Shown here: piece by piece, positions 46,980 to 55,340 of the stretch
Numbering within the stretch: position 1 is the stretch's first letter
How the letters are laid out: each line of letters begins with the position of its first letter
Source of the DNA: a virus
Lineage: Duplodnaviria > Caudoviricetes
Virus record (IMG/VR): IMGVR_UViG_2582581314_000001
Span: 1 to 64,000 of that record
Strand: one strand, 5' to 3'
Length of the DNA: 64,000 nucleotides
Position numbers and translations under genes: made by a program
The notes under the pieces: generated by a model
What the model saw: only the letters and a program-made list of their open reading frames with translations
The model's database searches: none
What the model was told of the DNA's origin: nothing

Positions 46980-47923
46980 GCCGCTTCGCTGGGGACGTGG
47001 TTGGGGCCGGAGAGGTACTCACCTGCCAGGCGTTCGAGGAGGCGCCAGCCCTGCCCTTGTTCGATCTCTCCGCGTCCTTCTGCGGCTGCGATGGCCTTGT
47101 TGATGGTGACGGCTGCGGGGGCTGGGAGGTGTCGGGCGCCGAGGACGGTCTCCAGTCCGACCTGACCGGTGTGCAGGGGCTCGCCCTGGGGGGAGGTGTA
47201 GCCGGCCTGGAGGTCGGTCAGGTGCGCCTCGACAATGCCGAGGATGGCGTGGAGGGCGGTGGCGACGTTGCCGACCTTGTGGGCGGCGTGGGTGGAGGCG
47301 AGCGTGTCCAACGTCTGGTCGTAGTCGGCGCGTGCGGCGAGCCAGCTTTCGTTCTGGCCGAGGCGGGCCTGTTCGAACGCCTCCCGGGCGGCGTCCAGCT
47401 CGTTGGGCAGGAAGATCAGGCTCACGGTGGCGAAGTCGAGGTTGGCTTCGGACAGGCCTTCGGGTGAGACCTCGGCGAGGAGGCCGAGGGCGTCGTCGTC
47501 GAGGCCGGAGTAGGCGCGCCAGTCGACGTCTTCGATCTGGTCGTACAGGGCCTTGAGCGTCGCCGGGTCGTCCTGCCCGTTGATCGCGTTGTGGGAGAGC
47601 TGGCGGGCCAGCAGCTCGTCTTTCTGCTGGGGGTCGTCGATCAGCATGCAGTCGATCTCGTCGAGCCCGACTTCCACGGCCGCCGCGGTGCGGTGATTGC
47701 CGGAGAGGATCAGCTCGCGGCCTTCCTCGTACTCCCCGGCGCCGTAGATCAGGGGGACGCTGGTGAGGCAGCCGTCGGCGGCGATGTTGGCGACGAGCCG
47801 GTCCCACTCCTCTTTCCGCATGAAGCGGGCGTTCATGTCGAGCGGGGTGAGGGTGCGCGGGTCGCGGCGGACGAGGCGGGGCCGGATCGTCTGCGCGGGC
47901 GTGGTGTGGGTGCTGTCGCTCAT
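46976..47923 (-). CDS. ParB/Srx-domain protein coupled to the DNA-modification gene
   Basis: NARFM, ILSGNHR..AA, LSHNAI.G.DD; ATGA overlaps on both sides. Confidence 0.82.
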   Translation of the reverse strand: MSDSTHTTPAQTIRPRLVRRDPRTLTPLDMNARFMRKEEWDRLVANIAADGCLTSVPLIYGAGEYEEGRELILSGNHRTAAAVEVGLDEIDCMLIDDPQQKDELLARQLSHNAINGQDDPATLKALYDQIEDVDWRAYSGLDDDALGLLAEVSPEGLSEANLDFATVSLIFLPNELDAAREAFEQARLGQNESWLAARADYDQTLDTLASTHAAHKVGNVATALHAILGIVEAHLTDLQAGYTSPQGEPLHTGQVGLETVLGARHLPAPAAVTINKAIAAAEGRGEIEQGQGWRLLERLAGEYLSGPNHVPSEAA

Positions 47924-49293
47924 CGGGTGTCCTCGTTCTTCTTCATGTCGCTGCCGTGCTTCCGCTTCCACAGGTCGAAGGCTTCGGCGAGGTCGTAGGC
48001 GCCGAGGGGGCCGCCGTACTGGAGCTGGTAGCGGTGGATTCCGTCGCCCGGGTCCTTCGCGCTCGCCTCGGTGCGTTTCTGGAGCTTCACGCCGGGGATG
48101 CCCCGGCCGTACTTCGCGCTGTTGGGCCGGTCGGTGAACGCCGTCGTCGACCAGGCGGTGAGCCGCTTCGACAGGGACCGCTGGAGCAGCAGTTGCGCCT
48201 CTTTGGTGGAGGCGGCCATGACGATGAGCTTGGCCAGGCGCCGGTACTTCGTCCACGACACCGGGAAGTCGGACATCAGGTAGGCGGTCGCCGGGTCGAA
48301 CTTCGGCGGGAGGAACGCGAACGCGCCGATCAGCTTCCCGTCGACCGCGACCCCACAGGCGAGGAGCGGGCTGCCGGGCTTGATCGACTTCGACATGAAC
48401 TGGGAGCGGATGCCGGCGAACTGGCCGCCGGTGAGGACGTGCAGGCTCATGCGGTCGCCGAGGTCCTCGCCGACGCCGATCTTCTGCATGGGGATCGGTT
48501 CGACGGGCTGCCGAGGCCGGACGATGCGTCGGGGTCCGGCGGCGGCATACACATAGATCGGCAGGCCGCGGTTCGCGGTCTGGACGACGCCGGCGAGCCG
48601 GTGGCGCAGCTCCGGGCGTTCGATGTGCAAGCCCAGCACCCAGTGGGGCCGGTCCTGTACCTGCGCGATGATCTCTTCCTTGCCGTCTTCGGTCAGCTCG
48701 CCGAAGTCGGGCTCGGGCCAGTCGAACGCGGCGTCGATGCTCGCGAACTGCGAGACGTAGTCGCCCGCGTAGAACGGCGGGAACATCACGACCGGTGCTT
48801 CGTCGGGGACCTCTTCGCGGAGGTAGGTGCGCACGTCCCCGGCGTAGAAGCTCCCGAGGCGGGTTTCGAGGCTCCGGAGCTTCGTCGCGGTCTTCTCGTG
48901 CATGCGCGGCCACTGGTCCTGTGTGGCGTCGAGCATCCGCCGGTAGTAGGCGCCTTCCTTCCCGACGTACTGGAGGAAGCGGGTGCCGAGCATCAGCGTC
49001 GCCAGGCGGTCAGCGCGGTCCTCCATGTACGGGGCGAGCCAGCCCAGCGAGTCCTCGTACTCCGGGCGCAGCGCGTACGGCAGTTCCTCCCCCGCGAGGA
49101 ACCAGCCCAGCGCGCACGAGTACGCGGTGATGTCGTTGCCATGCACCGGCCGCGAGTTGCCGAACCGGGAGTGCAACACCCGCTCGATCGTGAAGTTGCC
49201 CGAGCAGCCGACGTAGATGTCGGTCTCGGGCCAGGTCCCGGCGTGTTCGTAGATGATCGAGCGGAGGGGGGCGGGTATCGAGCCGTGGAACAT
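47920..49293 (-). CDS. Putative DNA-modification enzyme: N-terminal adenine-MTase-like fold fused to a C-terminal GNAT/Mom-like domain
   Basis: VGCSGNFTIE, NDI and FPPFY (MTase-like motifs I, II, IV); GVAVDGKLIGAFAF, YLMSDF, RLAKL and TTAFT...SAKY (GNAT-like). Confidence 0.65.
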   Translation of the reverse strand: MFHGSIPAPLRSIIYEHAGTWPETDIYVGCSGNFTIERVLHSRFGNSRPVHGNDITAYSCALGWFLAGEELPYALRPEYEDSLGWLAPYMEDRADRLATLMLGTRFLQYVGKEGAYYRRMLDATQDQWPRMHEKTATKLRSLETRLGSFYAGDVRTYLREEVPDEAPVVMFPPFYAGDYVSQFASIDAAFDWPEPDFGELTEDGKEEIIAQVQDRPHWVLGLHIERPELRHRLAGVVQTANRGLPIYVYAAAGPRRIVRPRQPVEPIPMQKIGVGEDLGDRMSLHVLTGGQFAGIRSQFMSKSIKPGSPLLACGVAVDGKLIGAFAFLPPKFDPATAYLMSDFPVSWTKYRRLAKLIVMAASTKEAQLLLQRSLSKRLTAWSTTAFTDRPNSAKYGRGIPGVKLQKRTEASAKDPGDGIHRYQLQYGGPLGAYDLAEAFDLWKRKHGSDMKKNEDTR

Positions 49294-49381
49294 AGGCCGC
49301 TCCTTGATCGTCGCTCTGAGGCGGGCGGAGATGGTAGCCGAGCTGCGGCTTTCTCCCGTGACCAAGAATCGGCGGGCATGC

Positions 49382-49440
49382 GGAAAGCCCCCGCCCTGGG
49401 GTGGGCGGGGGCCATCGTGGTACGCCTCTTGAGCGTGGTT
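49382..49440 (-). repeat. Degenerate copy of the tRNA 3' end plus terminator (partner of 50984-51050)
   Basis: ggaaagcccccgccctggggtgggcgggggccatcg-tggtacgcc-tc-ttgagcgtggt versus ggaaggcccccgccatggcgtgggcgggggccttcata-tggagcgcc-ggccacgac-ttgaacgtggt. Confidence 0.7.
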
Positions 49441-49467
49441 CTGCGCCTGTCCCTAAGAAGGGCTACA

Positions 49468-50538
49468 TCACCGCTTGCCGCAGCAGGGGGCCACTGAGCG
49501 AGCAGGCGCGGGCAGATACGTAAAGCCGTCCGCCCCTTCGAGCCCACTCAGGTGTCGGGCCTCGTTCTGCCGACAGGTGATGAACAGCGGGCGGCCCACC
49601 CACTGGCGGTTGAGCTCATCGATGGCGGCGGCTCTGCGCTCCGAGGGAAGCTCATCGAAGCCGTCGAAGATGGGGAACACGCGCCCACCCTCGATGAGAC
49701 GGCGGGACAGTGTGGGGCGCAGACCCAAGTACTTCTTCAGTGTGCTGATGACATAGTCCTCACATGACGTGACGTCAGGGTTCCAGTCCCTCATCTGGAC
49801 CCCCACAGGGATTCGCCGACGCTCATTCGCCGGCACGTCAAGCAGCCGGTGAGCGATCAACCCGCGGTAGCGGGGCCTGGCTGATCCTGGAGGACTGGCG
49901 AGGATGACGCGGCCTTCTGCGGGCCTCTTGAACAAGAGCCTGTTCATTTTGTGCTGACGGTAGCTGGACCGGATCACAAGGATGAGGGTGATGAATGCAG
50001 CCATGGCGCCTGCGCCCATGGCAAACCACATCAAATAGGCTCCGGCGACTGCGACCATAAGGGCCATTCCGCCGGCGACACCGGCTCGCATCGCGATCTC
50101 GACCGCGGAGGTTGGCGCTGCATGACGCCCACGCTTCGGCCGGCGCGCGCTTCGATTCTGGAGTCCAGCCTTCACGCTGGCCTTCGCTGCGAGGAATCCG
50201 CCACCTGCGGCCAGCGGAATCGCGAAGGTCATGCCGTCGATGAATCGCAGGAACCAGTGACGGTCACGGTTTTCGAGGATGCTCCAGAGCTCTGCCTTCC
50301 ACTCCTGACCTTGGTACTCCCATTCCGCCTTCGGCATGCCGAGCCTGGCGAACTTGAGGATAAGGAAGGGCAGACGCAGCGTCATCTTCCGCGTCAGCGC
50401 CATGGCCACCTCATAGAGCATGGCAGCGGGGATCGCGACGACGAGTGCGGTGCGCCAGCCTACGAAGTCCTCGCCGAGGAACGTCGGTCCGTGCTCGGCG
50501 GACTTGCCCGCCAGCTCGGCGACGATGCCGTGGTACAT
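49468..50538 (-). CDS. Membrane protein with a truncated/degenerate NACHT-like domain
   Basis: TM helices; degenerate Walker A (ILASPPGSAR), PIFDGFDEL, ITCR; ends early. Confidence 0.55.
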   Translation of the reverse strand: MYHGIVAELAGKSAEHGPTFLGEDFVGWRTALVVAIPAAMLYEVAMALTRKMTLRLPFLILKFARLGMPKAEWEYQGQEWKAELWSILENRDRHWFLRFIDGMTFAIPLAAGGGFLAAKASVKAGLQNRSARRPKRGRHAAPTSAVEIAMRAGVAGGMALMVAVAGAYLMWFAMGAGAMAAFITLILVIRSSYRQHKMNRLLFKRPAEGRVILASPPGSARPRYRGLIAHRLLDVPANERRRIPVGVQMRDWNPDVTSCEDYVISTLKKYLGLRPTLSRRLIEGGRVFPIFDGFDELPSERRAAAIDELNRQWVGRPLFITCRQNEARHLSGLEGADGFTYLPAPARSVAPCCGKR

Positions 50539-50543
50539 GAGGC

Positions 50544-50882
50544 TTAGATCCCCTCCGCGACAGGGCCTGCGTTCCACCCCGGCGACGAGGCCGGCGGCCT
50601 TACGCGGTGACTAAGTTCGGCCAGCGCCAGGTGCGCCTCTCGGGCACCACGGGCAGTCAGGGTGTAGTAGCGGCGGGCCGGGCGGCCTGCTTCGCTCGGG
50701 TCGATGTCTTCGGCCTTGCCCTCGACCCAGCCGGCCCCCTCGAAGCGCCGGAGCGCGGGGTAGAGGGATCCGCTGGAAACGTGGGCCTTCTTGATCAGCT
50801 CCATGCCGAAGTGAGGCTCGTCCGGGTCTTCAAGGAAGGCCTGGAGCAACCTCACGACTGCGGGCGTGAGTTTGAAGTCCAT
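50544..50882 (-). CDS. PadR-family regulator (leaderless)
   Basis: SSGSLYPALRRFE..GWV and RRYYTLT..G; TACTCT-N6-ATG. Confidence 0.88.
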   Translation of the reverse strand: MDFKLTPAVVRLLQAFLEDPDEPHFGMELIKKAHVSSGSLYPALRRFEGAGWVEGKAEDIDPSEAGRPARRYYTLTARGAREAHLALAELSHRVRPPASSPGWNAGPVAEGI

Positions 50883-50984
50883 GGACAGAGAGTACACCCC
50901 CTCAGTCACCACCCGACATAGGTATGAACAGTAAACTCGCCACCCGATATAGGGGGTTGAGCAGAGCGGGAGGTCAGAGACAGG

Positions 50985-51018
50985 GAAGGCCCCCGCCATG
51001 GCGTGGGCGGGGGCCTTC
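50985..51018 (-). terminator. Terminator hairpin after the tRNA
   Basis: gaaggcccccgcc...ggcgggggccttc. Confidence 0.7.
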
Positions 51019-51021
51019 ATA

Positions 51022-51095
51022 TGGAGCGCCGGCCACGACTTGAACGTGGTCCTTCCCCCTGGAAGGGGGCCGTGCGGCGGTTACACCTCCGGCGC
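51022..51095 (-). tRNA. tRNA-Gly(TCC), atypical
   Basis: GCGCCGG-AG-GTGT/AACCGCC/GCAC-G-GCCCC/CTTCCAG/GGGGA-AGGA-CCACG/TTCAAGT/CGTGG-CCGGCGC-T-CCA (74 nt). Confidence 0.85.
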
Positions 51096-51355
51096 GTGGC
51101 CCGATCGTGCCGCTGCTCGAAACGACCGGACGTCCGGATCGTACATCAGCCCTACCGCCATGGCGATCATGGAAACGTCCTCTCGTGGCTGGTAGGCGGG
51201 GCGGAAGTCCGGCCGGGATGGCCGTGGTTCCGCCTGTGGCCGCCTCGTTGCGCGGGCTTGGGGTGGTGGAGGGCTCGGGGGATTGGACGGCTTAGACGGG
51301 CTGGAGGCCAGGGAACAGGTCGAGTTGGTCCGCGGTACGGTCCTCGGCCTGCCGG

Positions 51356-51412
51356 GCGAGCGCCATAGAGGCCCGGGACACCGTCCGTGTCCCGGGCCTC
51401 TATGGCGCTCGC
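51356..51412. terminator. 26-bp perfect-stem hairpin ending the early operon
   Basis: gcgagcgccatagaggcccgggacac-cgtcc-gtgtcccgggcctctatggcgctcgc. Confidence 0.7.
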
Positions 51413-51421
51413 TGAGGTTGG

Positions 51422-51763
51422 TCAGTTGGCAGTGGGTCGGTCGCACGGCCAGCACGCGGTCAGGCCGTACTTGGCGTAGATGAGGGCGCCCGCCTTGTTC
51501 TCGAACTGGGCGGCGCCCTCGGTGTCGTGGTCGCACTGGTGGTGGAGAAGGCCGATCCTGGTGGTGCGCAGGGTGACCCCGTCGTCCCCTCGGATGACGT
51601 ACGGTTCTCCGCCCTCGGTGTCGTACACATGGTGCCTGTCCGGGCCGTCGCCCTCGGCGGGCTCGATGCGGTTCAGGACGGCGATCGCGGTCGGGGCGAT
51701 GACGAGGGTCACGCTGCTGGTGATCTCCACGGCGTACGGGGTGGCGGGCTCGCTGGTGGTCAT
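51422..51763 (-). CDS. Hypothetical early protein
   Basis: GGAAGG RBS; GC3-rich ORF. Confidence 0.65.
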   Translation of the reverse strand: MTTSEPATPYAVEITSSVTLVIAPTAIAVLNRIEPAEGDGPDRHHVYDTEGGEPYVIRGDDGVTLRTTRIGLLHHQCDHDTEGAAQFENKAGALIYAKYGLTACWPCDRPTAN

Positions 51764-51797
51764 GGATGCCTTCCGGGTGGATCTGGTTGGATCGTGG

Positions 51798-51832
51798 TGA
51801 GGCCGGGGAGCGCTGCCTGCTCCCCGGCCTCA
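51798..51832 (-). repeat. AGGCAGY-loop hairpin, copy 1
   Basis: 14-bp stem, loop AGGCAGC. Confidence 0.7.
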
Positions 51833-51851
51833 TCTGCTGCTTTCAGGCAGG

Positions 51852-52472
51852 TCAGCTCTGCGCCGCCGGCTGCACCTCGGCCGCCTCAGATGCGGCCAGG
51901 ACGTGGACGGCGGACCGCGCACCGGCCGGGCGGGGGCCGTAGCACAGGTACTCGCCCCACTCGTCGTTCACGCGCTTGCCGGAGCTGTCCCAGATGAGCA
52001 GTCGGCTGCACTGGGCGCACTTCCCGGCGTCCTCCCCCGGTGTCCCGTGCGGCTGGTCGTCGGCGGTCGGGGCGGTGTCCTGCGCCTGGTCCTTGTAGGG
52101 GTCCTCGGGCAGGGCGACGAGGAACCCGCCGGACTCGCGCGGGATCGGCTTCCAGTCGGCCGCACGAAGCAGGCTGTTGGAGCGGTTGAAGGAGAGCATG
52201 TCGAGCAGCGTGTCCCGGATGTGCTGCCGGGTCGGGGCGCTCATCTTGCGGAACATGGCCCCGTCGTTGAACCGCCAGATGGTGTCCTCGCCGTCGCGCA
52301 CGGAGGTCAGCACGCTGCCGTTGACGGTGATGGCGGTGGCTGTGGGCAGCTCTTCGCGGATCAGGTGGGCGATGAGGAGGAGGCCACGGTCGATGACCTC
52401 GCGCCGCTTCTTGCCGGCGTCCCGGTAGGCGTCCTCGAAGTATTCAGTCCAGAAGGCCTTGTTGGCGGGCAT
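51852..52472 (-). CDS. Hypothetical early protein (shared FEDAY...HL.R..LP domain)
   Basis: GAAGGGA RBS; C-terminal CAQC. Confidence 0.7.
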   Translation of the reverse strand: MPANKAFWTEYFEDAYRDAGKKRREVIDRGLLLIAHLIREELPTATAITVNGSVLTSVRDGEDTIWRFNDGAMFRKMSAPTRQHIRDTLLDMLSFNRSNSLLRAADWKPIPRESGGFLVALPEDPYKDQAQDTAPTADDQPHGTPGEDAGKCAQCSRLLIWDSSGKRVNDEWGEYLCYGPRPAGARSAVHVLAASEAAEVQPAAQS

Positions 52473-52515
52473 GACGGCTGTCCCTTCGTCGTGTCTGGTG
52501 GGAGGTTGGATTGCG

Positions 52516-52544
52516 GGGCCGGGGGCACTGCCTGCCCCCGGCCC
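52516..52544 (-). repeat. AGGCAGY-loop hairpin, copy 2
   Basis: 11-bp stem, loop AGGCAGT. Confidence 0.7.
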
Positions 52545-52554
52545 TCGTGGGTGG

Positions 52555-53301
52555 CTAGGAGTTCGCCCGGTCGAAGCCCTGGAGGGCGACAACGGTCTGG
52601 TGGAGGTTCTCCACGCCGTAGATGCCGATTCCGGCGACGTCGATGGCGGTGAGGTCGTCGTCCGCGATGAACGCGATCGTGCAGCCGCTGGCGATGGCGG
52701 AGCGGACGGCTTCGTTGACGTCGGGCACGGGCCGCACTCGGCCGTCGAGGCCGAGTTGGCCGATGAACGCGACGTTGGCCATGGCGTTGGGGCCGTAGTG
52801 TCCTGCCGCGCCGAGGATCGCGCAGGCGATGGCGAGGTCGTGCATGCTGCCCAAGGGGCGGGCGGCGACGCTCTCGACCGTGACCGTGACGCGACCAGCG
52901 GGCCAGTCGTAGCCGCCGTTGATGATGGCGGCACGGGTGCGGTCCCTTGTCTCCCGCTCGTGGCTGACGCCTTCGACGATGTACGAGTGGTGGGTGGGGC
53001 TGACCGTCGCATGGATCACGGCGGCGGAGTCGCTGGCGGCACGCACCTTGGCCCGGCCGCGACTTGGAGTGGTCCGCTCGGCGGGCCAGGCGACTCCCCG
53101 GCCGTGGCCGTCGGCGTCGACGACGAGGCCTGTGCGGTACACGGCGTCTCCCGCCACGTAGTTCGGGGTGGTGACGTCGTTGAGGATCCCGTCGGGCTGG
53201 GTGTCGAGGACCACGTACTTCAGGTTGTAGGGGTTGCCGTCTTCGGTGAGGACGGCATCGCGGATGACGCCGATGCGGGTCGGGCGGGCGATGGTGGCCA
53301 T
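52555..53301 (-). CDS. Protein with a ComM/YifB (Mg-chelatase ChlI-like) N-terminal S5-fold domain, no ATPase
   Basis: TRDRTRAAIINGG..WP...VTV, HDLAIA.AIL, IGQLGLDGRVRPV. Confidence 0.75.
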   Translation of the reverse strand: MATIARPTRIGVIRDAVLTEDGNPYNLKYVVLDTQPDGILNDVTTPNYVAGDAVYRTGLVVDADGHGRGVAWPAERTTPSRGRAKVRAASDSAAVIHATVSPTHHSYIVEGVSHERETRDRTRAAIINGGYDWPAGRVTVTVESVAARPLGSMHDLAIACAILGAAGHYGPNAMANVAFIGQLGLDGRVRPVPDVNEAVRSAIASGCTIAFIADDDLTAIDVAGIGIYGVENLHQTVVALQGFDRANS

Positions 53302-53341
53302 TCCGGTGCTCCTTGGGTTGGTGGCTGGGCTGGTGCGAGAA

Positions 53342-53370
53342 GGCCGGGGAGCGCTGCCTGCTCCCCGGCC
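53342..53370 (-). repeat. AGGCAGY-loop hairpin, copy 3
   Basis: 11-bp stem, loop AGGCAGC. Confidence 0.7.
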
Positions 53371-53381
53371 CCGCTGGGCGG

Positions 53382-54320
53382 TTACTTGTCGGCGACTGCC
53401 TTGAGGAAGGCCAGGGCGTCGTGTAGGTCGCGCACGCCGACCAGGGCGACGTCCGGGTGTGAGGTGGCGGCCTCGGCTGCCTGCTCTTCGGAGACCACGA
53501 ACTTCTGATCGCCGACCGCAATTGCGGACCGCATGAGGACGTCGAGGTTGTGGACTGGGCGCACCCGGCCGTCGAGGTCGAGTTGGCCGATCAGGGTCAC
53601 GCCGCTCACGGCGCTCGGGGGGATGTGGCCGGAGGCGGCGAGGGCGGTGCAGGCCAGTGCGAGGTCGGCGGCTGAGCTGCCGCGTTCCATCGTCCAGTGG
53701 GCAGTGACGTTCAGCTCGCCGAGCGCCCACTGGATGTCGCTGTTGACGATGCCCGCGCGAATCCGTTCGGCGGTCCCCCGGACGTACTTCGGGTTCGGGC
53801 CGGTGAGCTTGAAGGCGTACTCCCCCGGTGTGAACTCGGCGTGCACCTTGGCCGGGCCTTCCGGGGTGGGGAAGTAGCTGGTTGCGGTCTGCCGCACGGC
53901 CAGTGCCGAGTGGTCGGCTGCCTCCGGTGCCGGGGCTTCCGGCAGGCGGATCGTGCGGAAGGGCAGGCCCTGCGGGGCCGCCTTCCAGCCTGCTGCGCCG
54001 GCCAGGCTGCCGAAGGGCGTCGTGTCGGAGAGGATGCCCTTGACCTCGTCGGTGATGCTGTCGGGCAGGCCGTGTCCCGCAGCGGTCGGGGCGTGCCACA
54101 GGACGTTGCCCTTGGCGTCCGCCGCCTCGTGCAGCTCCATCTCGTCGGTGTCGACGGTGAGCGTCGCGGCTTCGGGCAGGTGCGTACGGACGAGGTGGGC
54201 GGCGTACGCGACCGCGCGGGAGTAGAGGGTGCGTCGGGCAACGCTGGCGGCCTGGTAGGCGTCCTCGAAGGACTTGGAGTGGACGGCCGTTTCAAGGTCG
54301 GTGTGCAGGCTGTCAGCCAT
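53382..54320 (-). CDS. FEDAY-domain plus ComM/YifB N-terminal-domain protein, no ATPase
   Basis: ERIRAGIVNS, ADLALA..AL, IGQLDLDGRVRPV. Confidence 0.75.
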   Translation of the reverse strand: MADSLHTDLETAVHSKSFEDAYQAASVARRTLYSRAVAYAAHLVRTHLPEAATLTVDTDEMELHEAADAKGNVLWHAPTAAGHGLPDSITDEVKGILSDTTPFGSLAGAAGWKAAPQGLPFRTIRLPEAPAPEAADHSALAVRQTATSYFPTPEGPAKVHAEFTPGEYAFKLTGPNPKYVRGTAERIRAGIVNSDIQWALGELNVTAHWTMERGSSAADLALACTALAASGHIPPSAVSGVTLIGQLDLDGRVRPVHNLDVLMRSAIAVGDQKFVVSEEQAAEAATSHPDVALVGVRDLHDALAFLKAVADK

Positions 54321-54445
54321 GTGGCGTTTCCTCTCGTGGTGGTGGGGTGCTGCCCGGGGTGGGCTGGCGCGGCGGTTCCTGGGCGGGCGGCACGCATCGG
54401 GTCGTGCGGCCTGCTCAGGGGGCGGCCGGCTGGCCGCCCGGCCGG

Positions 54446-54655
54446 TCAGGAGTTGCCGAACTCGCAGTACTCGCAGAACACCGCCCGGACCTCGCCGTTG
54501 TTGCCGGTGAGCGCGGTCAGCTCGCTCCCGCAGTCCTCGCAGGTGCCGAGGCTCTCGGTGGGGGTGGGGGTCGTGATGAGCGCCTCGGTGGGCGCGGTGG
54601 GGACCTCCGCCTTGACGGGGGTCGTGGTGGTGGGGGTGAGGCGGACGTTCAGCAT
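54446..54655 (-). CDS. Small Zn-ribbon protein
   Basis: CEDC...CEYC; AGGAAGG RBS. Confidence 0.6.
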   Translation of the reverse strand: MLNVRLTPTTTTPVKAEVPTAPTEALITTPTPTESLGTCEDCGSELTALTGNNGEVRAVFCEYCEFGNS

Positions 54656-54690
54656 GGCTTGCGCCTTCCTGTGCGAGTTGGTGTGTTTTT

Positions 54691-54780
54691 GAACTACTTT
54701 CATTCTTCCCGAATCGACTTGCCCTAGCCAGTTTAGACAAGCTGATTCAGTAAAAGAACTTCTAAGAAACCGCAGGTCAG
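54691..54780 (-). repeat. Early ~85-bp hairpin/promoter repeat, copy 1
   Basis: CATTCTT..GAATC..CTTG-CCCTAGCCAGTT-..CAAG..GATTC..AAAAGAAC..CGCAGGTCAG (+ strand). Confidence 0.85.
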
Positions 54781-54818
54781 GAGGCTGGCGCCGAGCCGTC
54801 GGCTGCCTTGGGTGGGAG

Positions 54819-54847
54819 GGCCGGGGGACGCTGCCTGTCCCCCGGCC
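54819..54847 (-). repeat. AGGCAGY-loop hairpin, copy 4
   Basis: 11-bp stem, loop AGGCAGC. Confidence 0.7.
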
Positions 54848-54857
54848 GGGGCGCTGG

Positions 54858-55214
54858 TCAGGTGAGGTCGTCCGCCTTGGTACGCACGGGGAAGCTGGCG
54901 AAGGGGAAGGGATGGGTGAGCTTCCAGCCGTTGCGGGTGAGGGCCTCGGAGGTCTTGCCAAGGCTGAGGACCTGGTCGAGTACGGCGTGGATCGCGGCCC
55001 ATACGTCGTCGGGCAGGTCGTCATCGTCGAAGGTGACGGGCTGGCCGTCACTGTCGTAGTAGGAGTCCACGATCGCCTCATGGGTGTTGACGAGGAACGT
55101 GGCGACCGTGGGGAGGTGATCGCGGAGGAGGTCACCGATGTGGGCGGAGGCGGCCTCGGTCGCGGCGATGACGGCCTGGGTCGCGGTCTGGAACTCGGTC
55201 TCGAAGCGGCTCAT
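54858..55214 (-). CDS. Hypothetical early protein
   Basis: GGAAGGAAG RBS; LLRDHLP...GWK. Confidence 0.7.
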   Translation of the reverse strand: MSRFETEFQTATQAVIAATEAASAHIGDLLRDHLPTVATFLVNTHEAIVDSYYDSDGQPVTFDDDDLPDDVWAAIHAVLDQVLSLGKTSEALTRNGWKLTHPFPFASFPVRTKADDLT

Positions 55215-55250
55215 CTTGCTTCCTTCCCTTGCCGCCTGTGGTGGTTTGTT

Positions 55251-55340
55251 GATCTACATTCATTCTTCCCGAGTCGGCTTGCCCTAGCCAGTTAGAACAA
55301 GCCGATTCAGTAAAAGAACTTCTAAGAAACCGCAGGTCAG
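55251..55340 (-). repeat. Early hairpin/promoter repeat, copy 2
   Basis: Near-identical to copy 1. Confidence 0.85.

Noticed and set aside
46976-48913. 645-aa ORF as a single gene
   Set aside because: The N-terminal half is an off-frame overlap with the MTase-GNAT gene. The real ParB-like gene starts at ATG 47923 with a GAGGA RBS.
51022-51095. tRNA as the prophage attachment site or a host tRNA
   Set aside because: It lies in the middle of co-oriented phage genes with no integrase nearby, and its structure is atypical for a housekeeping tRNA.
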